A DNA stretch of 64,000 nt. Source: an uncultured Mycoplasmatota bacterium. GTDB taxonomy: Bacteria; Bacillota_I; Bacilli_A; RF39; UBA660. Below are positions 28,082-36,965 of the stretch, piece after piece. The translations under genes and the position numbers were made by a program. Within the stretch, counting starts at the first letter, position 1. Each line of letters opens with the position of its first letter. The notes below the pieces were generated by a model. That model saw only the letters and a list, made by a program, of their open reading frames with translations. It searched no databases and was not told where the DNA came from. Location: contig USGP01000004.1 in the NCBI GenBank assembly GCA_900554315.1, positions 4,174 to 68,173 on the forward strand, given 5' to 3'.

Positions 28082-29512
28082 CTACTCTTTTATTTTTTCT
28101 TTGGGTGTGGAAAAAGGCTGAACATTTAGTTTTTGTAAACTTTCTTCTAAACTCCAATTTCCTGCCTCTCTAGCAAAATTTAACATGCTTGATATTTCAT
28201 CTTTGTCTTCTGCTGCTCTATCTAATAATATTTCTGATATTTTTTGTCCTATTACATAGGGAAAAATAAAGGCTATATACTCTGGATCTTGTATATACTT
28301 TTTATTTCTTTCATCACAGTTAAATTTTAAAATTGTTTGTATTTCTTCTTCTGAATAAACTTCTGGTAATTCTTGTCCAAATAATGTTAGTTCGTCCTGT
28401 GGTGTAATTTCTCCCTTTTCTAAAATTGTTTTTTCTAGGAGTATAGCATCATATATATCTTGAGCATTTTTAGCAATAGTTACCCTTCTATTAAACATTA
28501 AACTTCCTACCACTTCATTTGGATATTTTTTAGCAAGTAAATAATAGTAGAATAACTCTTCAAAAAAGATTGGTGCTAATTCTGTTAAAGGATATGTATA
28601 TTGCTCTTTTGTTGTATGCATTTTTGTATAATAATGAAAGAACTCATGGACAGAGGTTGCAGCATCATCTATGGTATTGGTCCAAGGCATATAGATAAAT
28701 GGTGGATCAGCATTGATTAAACCTGGACTTCCTGTTATATCTTCTTCACTTAATCTTTCATCATTGGAATCTGATACCCAGACATCATCTTTTTCCATTT
28801 GTTCAGCAAAAGAAAGAAGATTTCTTTTTGGGTCCAAACAATATAGAAAATTTTTAAATAAAGAAATAGATTCTTCTTTTGACATTGGATAGGTAATTGG
28901 GATTTCTTCTAAATATGAATTTTCTATTTCTTTTATTTCACTTGCTAGTTGAAGAATTTGCTCTAGAAGCCTTTCGTCTTCTTCTACCTTAGACTCTGGA
29001 AACTGTTCTATTAATAGACTACTAATGTTATCACTGATGGTTATAGTACTAATGACATATCGATACTCTTTTTTTATCCAAGAAAAAATATCTTTTTCTG
29101 TTACTTGCGAAGTTTTATGCAGGTAATTATATAAATCTTGCCAAGTTCCATTGTTCCTAAAATAGTCTACAATACCAAATTCGTATAAATGTTCGTTGGG
29201 CTCAAATTCATATTTTCCATCATATATTTTTGTATACCAATATAGAGCAGTTGCTTCTTTTAATTCGTCTGTCATACCATCATTCATCATAGTACTTGCT
29301 ACAGAAGGAGAAATTCCATCCAAGTGATCAAAAACATCTTTACTCTCTTCTAAATATAATGAGGATTTTTTATCGATAAAACTAATTTTATTAACTTTTA
29401 GAAACACTCGAAAAAAATCACTATTTTGATTGATTATTTTTTGTAATTCTTCTGCTTGTTCTTTATGTTCTTCATCATATTCTATTGGTACTATTTTTGT
29501 TTGCAATAACAC
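28082..29512 (-). CDS. M3-like zinc metallopeptidase paralogue 1 (HEFFH...TELAPIFFE)
   Basis: 476 aa; GTG start with GGGGGA Shine-Dalgarno. Confidence 0.65.
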   Translation of the reverse strand: MLLQTKIVPIEYDEEHKEQAEELQKIINQNSDFFRVFLKVNKISFIDKKSSLYLEESKDVFDHLDGISPSVASTMMNDGMTDELKEATALYWYTKIYDGKYEFEPNEHLYEFGIVDYFRNNGTWQDLYNYLHKTSQVTEKDIFSWIKKEYRYVISTITISDNISSLLIEQFPESKVEEDERLLEQILQLASEIKEIENSYLEEIPITYPMSKEESISLFKNFLYCLDPKRNLLSFAEQMEKDDVWVSDSNDERLSEEDITGSPGLINADPPFIYMPWTNTIDDAATSVHEFFHYYTKMHTTKEQYTYPLTELAPIFFEELFYYYLLAKKYPNEVVGSLMFNRRVTIAKNAQDIYDAILLEKTILEKGEITPQDELTLFGQELPEVYSEEEIQTILKFNCDERNKKYIQDPEYIAFIFPYVIGQKISEILLDRAAEDKDEISSMLNFAREAGNWSLEESLQKLNVQPFSTPKEKIKE

Positions 29513-29576
29513 GGAATATTCCCCCTATGTTTTTATTATTCTAAGACTATTTTAATTTTTCGTCAATAAAAAGAGA

Positions 29577-29598
29577 GTTCTCACTCTCTATAATGTTT
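29577..29598 (-). terminator. Terminator after smc
   Basis: GAGAGT-gaga-ACTCTC hairpin followed by TTTTTAT on the minus strand. Confidence 0.6.
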
Positions 29599-32545
29599 CG
29601 ATTGCATCATTTAATTTAACACTTACTAATTTAGAAACTCCAGACTCTTGCATCGTAATTCCATATAAAGTGTTGGCATACTCCATTGTCTTCTTTTTAT
29701 GGGTAATAATTAAGAATTGTGTTTTATTTTTATAGTGGTCTAGATATTTTCCAAATTGAGCAACGTTTGCTTCATCTAGGGCTGCTTCTACTTCATCAAA
29801 TAAACAGAATGGGACTGTTCTAACATTTAATATCGCAAATAATAGTGATATTGCTGTTAGAGTTTTTTCTCCACCTGATAGTAAAGAAATAGTTGTTAAT
29901 TTTTTTCCTGGTGGAGATGCGACAATTTCTACTCCTGTTGTTAATAAATTATCTGGTTCTGTCAATTTTAAATCTGCATTTCCTCCACCAAATAATTCTT
30001 TAAAGACTTGTTTGAACTCTTTGGTAATCTGTTCAAATGTCGTTTGAAATTCTTCCTTCATGACATCGTCCATCTCATTCATAATTTCCAATAATGTATC
30101 TTCTGCTTTTAATAAGTCTTCTCTTTGATTGGTTAAAAATACATATCTTGTATTTACTCTTTCATATTCTTCTATGGCTGCTAGATTTACCATACCAATT
30201 CTTTTAATATTAGCTCGATAGACACTTACTTTACTTCTTGCCTCTTCTGGTTCTACATCTAGATGATATTTTTCTTTGGCTTTTTCGAAGGTCAATTCAT
30301 ATTCTGTATTTAAAGTCTCTAACATGGTATCCATTTTTATTTCAATTCGATTTAAATAAACTTCTTTTTCGTGTAATGTTTTTTCTAAATTTCTAAGATT
30401 GGCATTTTTTACTTTATCTTGAGCTATTCTTTCTTCTGATTCTCTTTTGATTTCTTCTATATCATTTTTTACTTGTTCTATTCTTACTTGGATAGATGCT
30501 TTTTCAGCATTTAATGTGTGATATTGTTCAATTAATTCTTGTTCTTTATCACTTAATGCATTGTTAGATATGGCATTTAAAGCCTGCCACTTTTTTTCTA
30601 TTTCTTCTAAATAATTTCTTTGTTCTTTGATTTCTGTTGCTTTGGTATCATATTTTTCTTTTATCGTTACTTTATTTTTAGAATCTGTAAATTCTTCTTC
30701 TTCTATAGCTCTTTTTTCTTCTTCTACTTCATCTAATTCTTTTTTGATTTCTTCTAGTTCTTGATTCATTAATGATACTTGTTCTAACTGACGCTTTAAT
30801 TCTTGTTTTAATACGATGATACTTTTTGTTTGATGAATCACAGATCCTCCGGTTAGGCTTCCTCCTACATTCACTACATCTCCATCTAGGCTTACTACTT
30901 TGTAACGTCTATTTGTCTTTTGACTAAGTCTAGTTGCAGAATCTAAATCTTTCGATACAATTACCATACCTAGTTGATTTTCTACTATATTTTGATAGGC
31001 TTTATCATATTCCACTAAATCACTTAGCACTCCGATAAAATCTTCATCTTTTTCTAATACTTTTAAAGAATCTTTATCTATATATCTTGATTTAATAACT
31101 GTTAATGGGAAGAAAGTTCCTCTTCCTAAGTGATTATCCTTTAAGAAGTTAATGGCTTTTTTGGCAGATAGTTCATCTGATGTAATGATAAAGTTCTTGT
31201 TAGCAGCTATTGCAATATTTAAAGCTTTTACATATTCATCTTTGGTATTTAGAATATTACCAATCGTATTATGTATTCCCGTCAAAGAAGAAGTTTCTAA
31301 AACTTTTCTAATTCCGTTTGGTAAATCTCCACCCTCTTCAATTTCTCGTCTTAAACTATTTATTTTATGATTTAGACTAATAATATTTCTTTCATGGGTT
31401 GAATAATCACTTGTTAACATATTTTTCTTGCTGTTTACTTTTTGAAGTTTCTGAGTGCTTGATTGCTCTTTACTATCTACTTTTTTGCCATCTTCAATAA
31501 TAACATCTAATTCTGTTTTTAATTTTTGGATAGTTGCTTCTACTTTTGCTTTTTCTTCTAGTGTTTTTCTTAGTTCTTCTTCTACTTGTTCTTTATCTTG
31601 ATTTTGTTTATTTCTTTCTTGGAGTAAGTTTTTTTCTCCATTTACTTTTTCTACCATTTCGGTTACTTCTAGAAGTCTTCTTTGTAAACTAGATTGTTCT
31701 TTTTCTAGTTTTTCTAATTTATTTGCTTGCTCTAAGTCTAGGGCGTCATTTTTAGAAGATTCATTGGATAATTCCATAACTTCTTTTTCTAATTTTTCTT
31801 TTTCTGTCTTTACTCGTTCTAATTCAATACTGGCATTTTCTATATCATATGCTAGTAAAGCAACTTCATAGTTGTCTAACCCTTTTTTATTTTCTAAATA
31901 CATTTGGGCTTTTTCACTTTGTTCTTTTAGAGGTGCGACTTGGTTTTCTAACTCACTAATAATATCATTTACTCTATCAATATTATTATGTGTTCTGTCT
32001 AATTTACGTAATGCTTCTTCTTTTCTCTTTTTATATTTTAATATTCCAGCGGCTTCTTCAAAGATCGTTCTTCTATCGGTTGGAGAGTCACTTAATATTT
32101 TCTCTACCTCGCCTTGAGAAATAATATTAAAAGATTCTTTTCCCATTCCGGTATCTAATAATAAATTATTAATATCTTTTAATCTACATTTTTCACCATT
32201 TAAATAATATTCGTTTTCTCCGCTACGATAAACTCTTCTTTTGATTGATAATTCTGTATAAGGAACGTTTAAAAAATGGTCAGAGTTGTCAAATACTAGT
32301 TCTACTGACGCTACATTTAAAGGATTTCTACTTTTACTTCCAGAAAAAATAACTTCACTCATAGAGCCTTCTCCACGAAGGGATTTTACAGATTGTTCTC
32401 CAAGGACCCATCTAACGGCATCTACAACATTACTTTTTCCTGAACCATTTGGTCCTACTATACAAGTTATTTTGTCATCTAATTTAATATCTAGTTTATC
32501 GGCAAAGGATTTAAACCCACTTGCTACTATTTCTTTTAAGTACAT
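29588..32545 (-). CDS. smc: Chromosome partition protein SMC (short, ~985 aa)
   Basis: Walker A GPNGSGKSN, hinge, signature LSGGEKTL, Walker B LFDEVEAALD. Start trimmed to MYLKEI (ATG 32543-45). Confidence 0.95.
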   Translation of the reverse strand: MYLKEIVASGFKSFADKLDIKLDDKITCIVGPNGSGKSNVVDAVRWVLGEQSVKSLRGEGSMSEVIFSGSKSRNPLNVASVELVFDNSDHFLNVPYTELSIKRRVYRSGENEYYLNGEKCRLKDINNLLLDTGMGKESFNIISQGEVEKILSDSPTDRRTIFEEAAGILKYKKRKEEALRKLDRTHNNIDRVNDIISELENQVAPLKEQSEKAQMYLENKKGLDNYEVALLAYDIENASIELERVKTEKEKLEKEVMELSNESSKNDALDLEQANKLEKLEKEQSSLQRRLLEVTEMVEKVNGEKNLLQERNKQNQDKEQVEEELRKTLEEKAKVEATIQKLKTELDVIIEDGKKVDSKEQSSTQKLQKVNSKKNMLTSDYSTHERNIISLNHKINSLRREIEEGGDLPNGIRKVLETSSLTGIHNTIGNILNTKDEYVKALNIAIAANKNFIITSDELSAKKAINFLKDNHLGRGTFFPLTVIKSRYIDKDSLKVLEKDEDFIGVLSDLVEYDKAYQNIVENQLGMVIVSKDLDSATRLSQKTNRRYKVVSLDGDVVNVGGSLTGGSVIHQTKSIIVLKQELKRQLEQVSLMNQELEEIKKELDEVEEEKRAIEEEEFTDSKNKVTIKEKYDTKATEIKEQRNYLEEIEKKWQALNAISNNALSDKEQELIEQYHTLNAEKASIQVRIEQVKNDIEEIKRESEERIAQDKVKNANLRNLEKTLHEKEVYLNRIEIKMDTMLETLNTEYELTFEKAKEKYHLDVEPEEARSKVSVYRANIKRIGMVNLAAIEEYERVNTRYVFLTNQREDLLKAEDTLLEIMNEMDDVMKEEFQTTFEQITKEFKQVFKELFGGGNADLKLTEPDNLLTTGVEIVASPPGKKLTTISLLSGGEKTLTAISLLFAILNVRTVPFCLFDEVEAALDEANVAQFGKYLDHYKNKTQFLIITHKKKTMEYANTLYGITMQESGVSKLVSVKLNDAIETL

Positions 32546-32655
32546 ACTCTTCACCCTGTAATTAAGTATACTATAATTTTCAAGGTAAAACAATGAAAAG
32601 TCTTGTTTCTTCTTGTTTTAACATAAAAAAATCATTCTTTCGAATGATTTTATTT

Positions 32656-34206
32656 TTATCTAGGAACATAAACTTTTCCAGTTGATTCTAGGTCTTTTAA
32701 AACAGCACTAGTATCTCCTGTTTTTGGAGCATTAATTTCTTCTTGAACTCTACTTTGCCAGTTTCCGGCATGAACGATACGTCTACAAGCAGGATTTTCT
32801 ATTAATTCACTTTTTGGTAAAATGGATAATCTTACAAAATCAGTAAAGTCCATTGTATAAATTGCTTGTCCATCAGCAACTCTACCAGTTTCAGCATTTT
32901 CAAAGAATTTATCTAAAATTACTTTACCATTTGGATAAATGTATCCTATGTATCCGTTAAATGTATTTTCTCCCTTAATACGGAAAAATGGATCTGTTTG
33001 TTCATAGAATTCTTTCTTTTCCATAAATAAGTCTAGTAAACGTTCTTGTTTTCTTCTTTTTTCTTCTTCTGTTCTGTGTTCTGCCCCAATTTGTTTTCCT
33101 GTTGCTACTGCTATTTGATCTAATTCTGACTTTGGTAAGAACTTCCAGTTAGCTTGAATGTCTTCTAGTCTTGTTCTTACAAATTCTTCTGCTTCTTTTA
33201 ATGTTAGTCCATCTAATTCATGTTCTCCAAAAGATAGAAGTTGAATTTCTGGATGACTTACTACAAATTCCTTGTATTGATTGTAAACATCTTTTGGTGT
33301 AATTGTAACGCCTTGTTCCTTGCGGCCTAATTCTACATTGTTTACATTACCAACTGTAATTTGTAATTTATCATCTTGCTTCTTATCCGGATTTTCTTTA
33401 AAGTAATTAGCAACAAAGATTAGGTAACGTTGTGGGTCGTCACTTCCATAAGTTTTGGCTGCTTTTATAAATTCAGAAGCCAAATATAAATCTAATTTTT
33501 CTTTGTTTCTTGGTGATAGGCTTTCAAAATTAATTGGATGTTGCTCCATGAATGCTATAATTTCTGGAACGTGATCTACAATGTTTTGTAGTGCCTTAGC
33601 ACAATCTCTAGAGAATTTATTAACACTTGTTGGTTTACTATGAACAAAATCCGGTATATTAGTAACACCAAATTGTTTAAGGTTTTGTTTAATAAACATT
33701 CTTTCTATTGCCGAAAATCTTGATAAATTTTGAGCACATAATTTTAATTGTCTTTCTGCTTCTAATCTTTTTTCATATTTTAAATATAAAGATGGAAAGT
33801 TTCTTTGTAATTCTTTTGCTGTTTGCATCCTTTGTAATTTAGAAAGATATGGTTTGGTCTCTTGTTGTGCCCATTTCAGAAATTCTTTGTTAGTTAGCCC
33901 ATTTGAAAAATTAACAACTGGCATGTTTAAGTTCATAACTAATGTACTCATTATTGCAGATGGAGAAAAAATAATGCTTTTTTCTAGTGTGTTTTCGTCT
34001 GTTTTTACTTGCATTGTTTGGAAAAATTCAATATCTTCAGTTGGCCCTAGCGATGCAATATAATCCATTAATTTGCCTTGAGCAGCTGTAATAATTTTTT
34101 CAGTTTGTTTTGGATTTTCAAATAATGATATGATGTCTGCAGCTCGTAAAATAACTGGTGTTTCAATTGGTACACCTCTTTGAATATTTTGTGTCAATAC
34201 CGACAT
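32656..34206 (-). CDS. Hypothetical cytoplasmic protein (516 aa), orphan
   Basis: Start trimmed to ATG 34204-06, which has a GGGGGA Shine-Dalgarno. No motif recognised. Confidence 0.7.
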   Translation of the reverse strand: MSVLTQNIQRGVPIETPVILRAADIISLFENPKQTEKIITAAQGKLMDYIASLGPTEDIEFFQTMQVKTDENTLEKSIIFSPSAIMSTLVMNLNMPVVNFSNGLTNKEFLKWAQQETKPYLSKLQRMQTAKELQRNFPSLYLKYEKRLEAERQLKLCAQNLSRFSAIERMFIKQNLKQFGVTNIPDFVHSKPTSVNKFSRDCAKALQNIVDHVPEIIAFMEQHPINFESLSPRNKEKLDLYLASEFIKAAKTYGSDDPQRYLIFVANYFKENPDKKQDDKLQITVGNVNNVELGRKEQGVTITPKDVYNQYKEFVVSHPEIQLLSFGEHELDGLTLKEAEEFVRTRLEDIQANWKFLPKSELDQIAVATGKQIGAEHRTEEEKRRKQERLLDLFMEKKEFYEQTDPFFRIKGENTFNGYIGYIYPNGKVILDKFFENAETGRVADGQAIYTMDFTDFVRLSILPKSELIENPACRRIVHAGNWQSRVQEEINAPKTGDTSAVLKDLESTGKVYVPR

Positions 34207-34272
34207 ATTAATCCCCCTTTTCATTGTTGATATATTATACCACAAAAAAGCAAAAGTGTCAACTTGACACTT

Positions 34273-34551
34273 CTATTTTTTCTTTGTTAATACTTTGTTT
34301 TTATCCTTGTGTTCTTTTTTCTTTTTACCTGATAAATATCCTACTCCAAAAGCTGCTACTCCAATAGGAACAACTTTAATCCAAGGATTGTCTTCTCTTG
34401 ATTGTTCTTCTTGTACTTCTACTTTTGGTGGGTCAATCGTAATCTCTTTAGCTTGAACAGTAGTTGGTAAAAAGATATTTCCCATTAATAAAACTGAACA
34501 TAATATTATAGCTGTTTTGGTTACTTTGATATTAGTAGGTAGTAATTTCAT
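34273..34551 (-). CDS. Small exported protein with a C-terminal TM anchor and Lys-rich tail
   Basis: Signal peptide ending VQA-KE; GVAAFGVGYLSG helix followed by KKKKEHKDK. Confidence 0.6.
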   Translation of the reverse strand: MKLLPTNIKVTKTAIILCSVLLMGNIFLPTTVQAKEITIDPPKVEVQEEQSREDNPWIKVVPIGVAAFGVGYLSGKKKKEHKDKNKVLTKKK

Positions 34552-34552
34552 A

Positions 34553-35413
34553 TTATTTGCTTTTTCCCTTCTCTATTATATCTTTTTCTTTTACTTCTGA
34601 TGTCATTAGTTCATTTCCTAGTATTGTCTTTTTTGCTTTTACTCCAGAATAGCAACTTATTTTAATTAAATCTAATGACTCGGAAACATCTTTCATTGTA
34701 TCATCAAATGATGGATTTGACTCAGATTGCATGTCATATATTTTATAAATCATATCTCCATATATAGAATGGTTATCTACTTTTACGTCTACTACTTTAC
34801 CACTGATTGGATCGGATACTGATAGTAGTAAATCTGCACTATCGGATTTTTGTCCTAAGATAGTTACAGAAGAAAAATATTCTGCTTCTAACCCTACATA
34901 TTCACAAGCAGCACCTTTTACACTTCTAAATAAACCATCTAAAACGATTTTCCTTCCATCTTTATCAATCTTTCCAGCAGCATAAGTTTTTAAATATGAT
35001 AGGTTTTGTTCTACTCTAGCTCTTTCTATTTCTGTTAAATTGTCTGAATCTAGGCTTTCCACTAATAACTTAATGTCTTCTAAACTTAATTCTTGTAATT
35101 CTTCTTTTGATTCCTGGGCTAATTCTTTGTAGTCATCACCTAAATCCAAATCATCTAATAATTTATAGATATTTACTTGTTCTTCTAGCGTAGATAAGTT
35201 TTCTAATGTGCCTTCATCGTTTTCTTCGGCATCCATGGATAATACATAATCCATATTAGAATTTTCTTTGTTAGCAGATACTGATGTTTCTATTGGTTCT
35301 TTTATAGCTGGATCATCTGATGCACAACTATATAATCCTCCTGATAATAATATAATGGACAAAATAGCTGCTGCTTTTCTTGTTGCTTTAATATTTTTTC
35401 CTTTTAATTTCAT
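34553..35413 (-). CDS. Putative lipoprotein (286 aa), acidic
   Basis: LLSGGLYSC lipobox-like signal; GGGGGA Shine-Dalgarno. Confidence 0.65.
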   Translation of the reverse strand: MKLKGKNIKATRKAAAILSIILLSGGLYSCASDDPAIKEPIETSVSANKENSNMDYVLSMDAEENDEGTLENLSTLEEQVNIYKLLDDLDLGDDYKELAQESKEELQELSLEDIKLLVESLDSDNLTEIERARVEQNLSYLKTYAAGKIDKDGRKIVLDGLFRSVKGAACEYVGLEAEYFSSVTILGQKSDSADLLLSVSDPISGKVVDVKVDNHSIYGDMIYKIYDMQSESNPSFDDTMKDVSESLDLIKISCYSGVKAKKTILGNELMTSEVKEKDIIEKGKSK

Positions 35414-35536
35414 AGGAAATCCCCCTTCTCAACTGTGCTTGATTATAACACATTTGTTTTAGTTTGTCAATTTACAATCAATCTTTGCATTATGCTCTTT
35501 TTCGTAGTACGATATAGTTATAAAGGAGGGAGAATT

Positions 35537-36037
35537 ATGAATTTTCCTTATTCTGATGAAGCAAAGTCTTTTCGAGCCATTCTTGATAACCCAGCTTTAC
35601 TATCTACTTTGCCAACTTGCTTAAAATATGATACGGAATTTTTAGATATTTTCTATATTGTTTTAGGTGACGAAATTGCTCCATACATTCCTTATCAAAT
35701 TTTTGAAAAGCTAAAGTATGGCGACAGACAAAAAGCTTCTTCTGGTTTACAGGTTGAAAATGCTCCTAAGACTATGTTAGGAGATGAAGAAGATGTTATC
35801 CATCAATTATTTTCTGATCCTTCTTCTTTATCTTTATTGTCTACAGATGACAAGTACGATGACTCCTTGTTAGAAATTATGTACTTGTTGTGGGGTGATG
35901 AGATTTCTCCCTATATTCCTGATGAGATGTATCAACAATTAGTTGTGGAAGAGTCTATGCGTACCTATCATCTTCAATATGAAAGAGAATGTGAAGACTG
36001 GGCCAAAAACTTTCCGGGGTCTAAAAAGAAAAAATAA
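35537..36037 (+). CDS. Hypothetical protein with an internal ~60-aa duplication
   Basis: Start trimmed to ATG 35537, which has an AAAGGAGGGAG Shine-Dalgarno. Repeat motif LLST...KYD..LL.I.Y...GDEI.PYIP occurs twice. Confidence 0.7.
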   Translation: MNFPYSDEAKSFRAILDNPALLSTLPTCLKYDTEFLDIFYIVLGDEIAPYIPYQIFEKLKYGDRQKASSGLQVENAPKTMLGDEEDVIHQLFSDPSSLSLLSTDDKYDDSLLEIMYLLWGDEISPYIPDEMYQQLVVEESMRTYHLQYERECEDWAKNFPGSKKKK

Positions 36038-36066
36038 ATGTTATCGGTTGATAACATTTATTTTTC
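36032..36066. terminator. Bidirectional terminator between convergent genes
   Basis: 14-bp palindrome AAATAAATGTTATC-ggtt-GATAACATTTATTT spanning both stop codons. Confidence 0.75.
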
Positions 36067-36912
36067 ATATTCTTCGCTTAATAATGTTTGTAGAGTTACT
36101 AACTGATATCCTCTTGATTTAATATAATTAATAATCGTTGGCAATTCTGTTTCTACAATACTATTTATTGGTAAAGAGATAATCGCTCCATTTTGTAATT
36201 TATCTTTTATCTCTTGAAAAGGGCTATTAGTTATCTTTATTGTTGGTGTTACTGTATGTAGCTTCAGTTTACTACATAGTTCTATTACTTCTTTATTGTC
36301 ATAGTCAGCATAACAGTACCGGGCAGCATTACCTGTTATATTTTTTAAATACTGAATTGCAGATTGAAAATAGATTTCTTCATAGTGATGATTGTAATTT
36401 AAAATTTCTAGCTCGTGATTTTTTATATTTTTTACTGTTGCTAGATTATTTTCTAACCATAGGCCATCTAGAAAAAAAGTTGCGGGAATATTTTCTTGAT
36501 TTATAATTCTTATTATTTCTTCTGGATTAGATTGGTTTTCGATTGGAAACAATAAAGCTACTTCTCTATTTTCTCCATTTCCTCCTATTACAAATTTATC
36601 ATATGTATCCTCTATGGAAACGGTTGGGGTCGTTTCTTTGAACACTGTTAACATTTCATTATAGGCACCATATTGCTTCATTTTTTGATATGTTTTATCA
36701 ATATCTACCGTTTGTCCATTCTTTCCAGATTTTATCTTATTTCCGTCTGTTTTAGCATCCATTGCTTCTATTTCTTTTTTCTTGCTTTCTTCTTTGATTT
36801 GTTTCATTAGTGGATCTGTTTGTCTAATTAGATTTATAGTTTTATCTGTGTAATAAAAACTAAATAATACTAGGGCTATTACTGATATCATTTGTAATAG
36901 TTTTTTTATCAT
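36058..36912 (-). CDS. Polysaccharide deacetylase (NodB-homology)-like membrane-anchored protein, possibly degenerate
   Basis: N-terminal TM; VALLFP...ATFFLDGLWLENN resembles the NodB TFFxxG region, but no clear DD/HxxxxH metal motifs were seen. ATG 36910-12 has an AGGTGA Shine-Dalgarno. Confidence 0.5.
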   Translation of the reverse strand: MIKKLLQMISVIALVLFSFYYTDKTINLIRQTDPLMKQIKEESKKKEIEAMDAKTDGNKIKSGKNGQTVDIDKTYQKMKQYGAYNEMLTVFKETTPTVSIEDTYDKFVIGGNGENREVALLFPIENQSNPEEIIRIINQENIPATFFLDGLWLENNLATVKNIKNHELEILNYNHHYEEIYFQSAIQYLKNITGNAARYCYADYDNKEVIELCSKLKLHTVTPTIKITNSPFQEIKDKLQNGAIISLPINSIVETELPTIINYIKSRGYQLVTLQTLLSEEYEK

Positions 36913-36935
36913 TATTATCACCTAGAATAATATAT

Positions 36936-36965
36936 GAAAAAAAAGTTCATTTCTGAACTTTTTAA
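36936..36965 (-). terminator. Terminator after pnp
   Basis: AGTTCA-gaaa-TGAACT hairpin followed by a T8 run on the minus strand. Confidence 0.7.
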
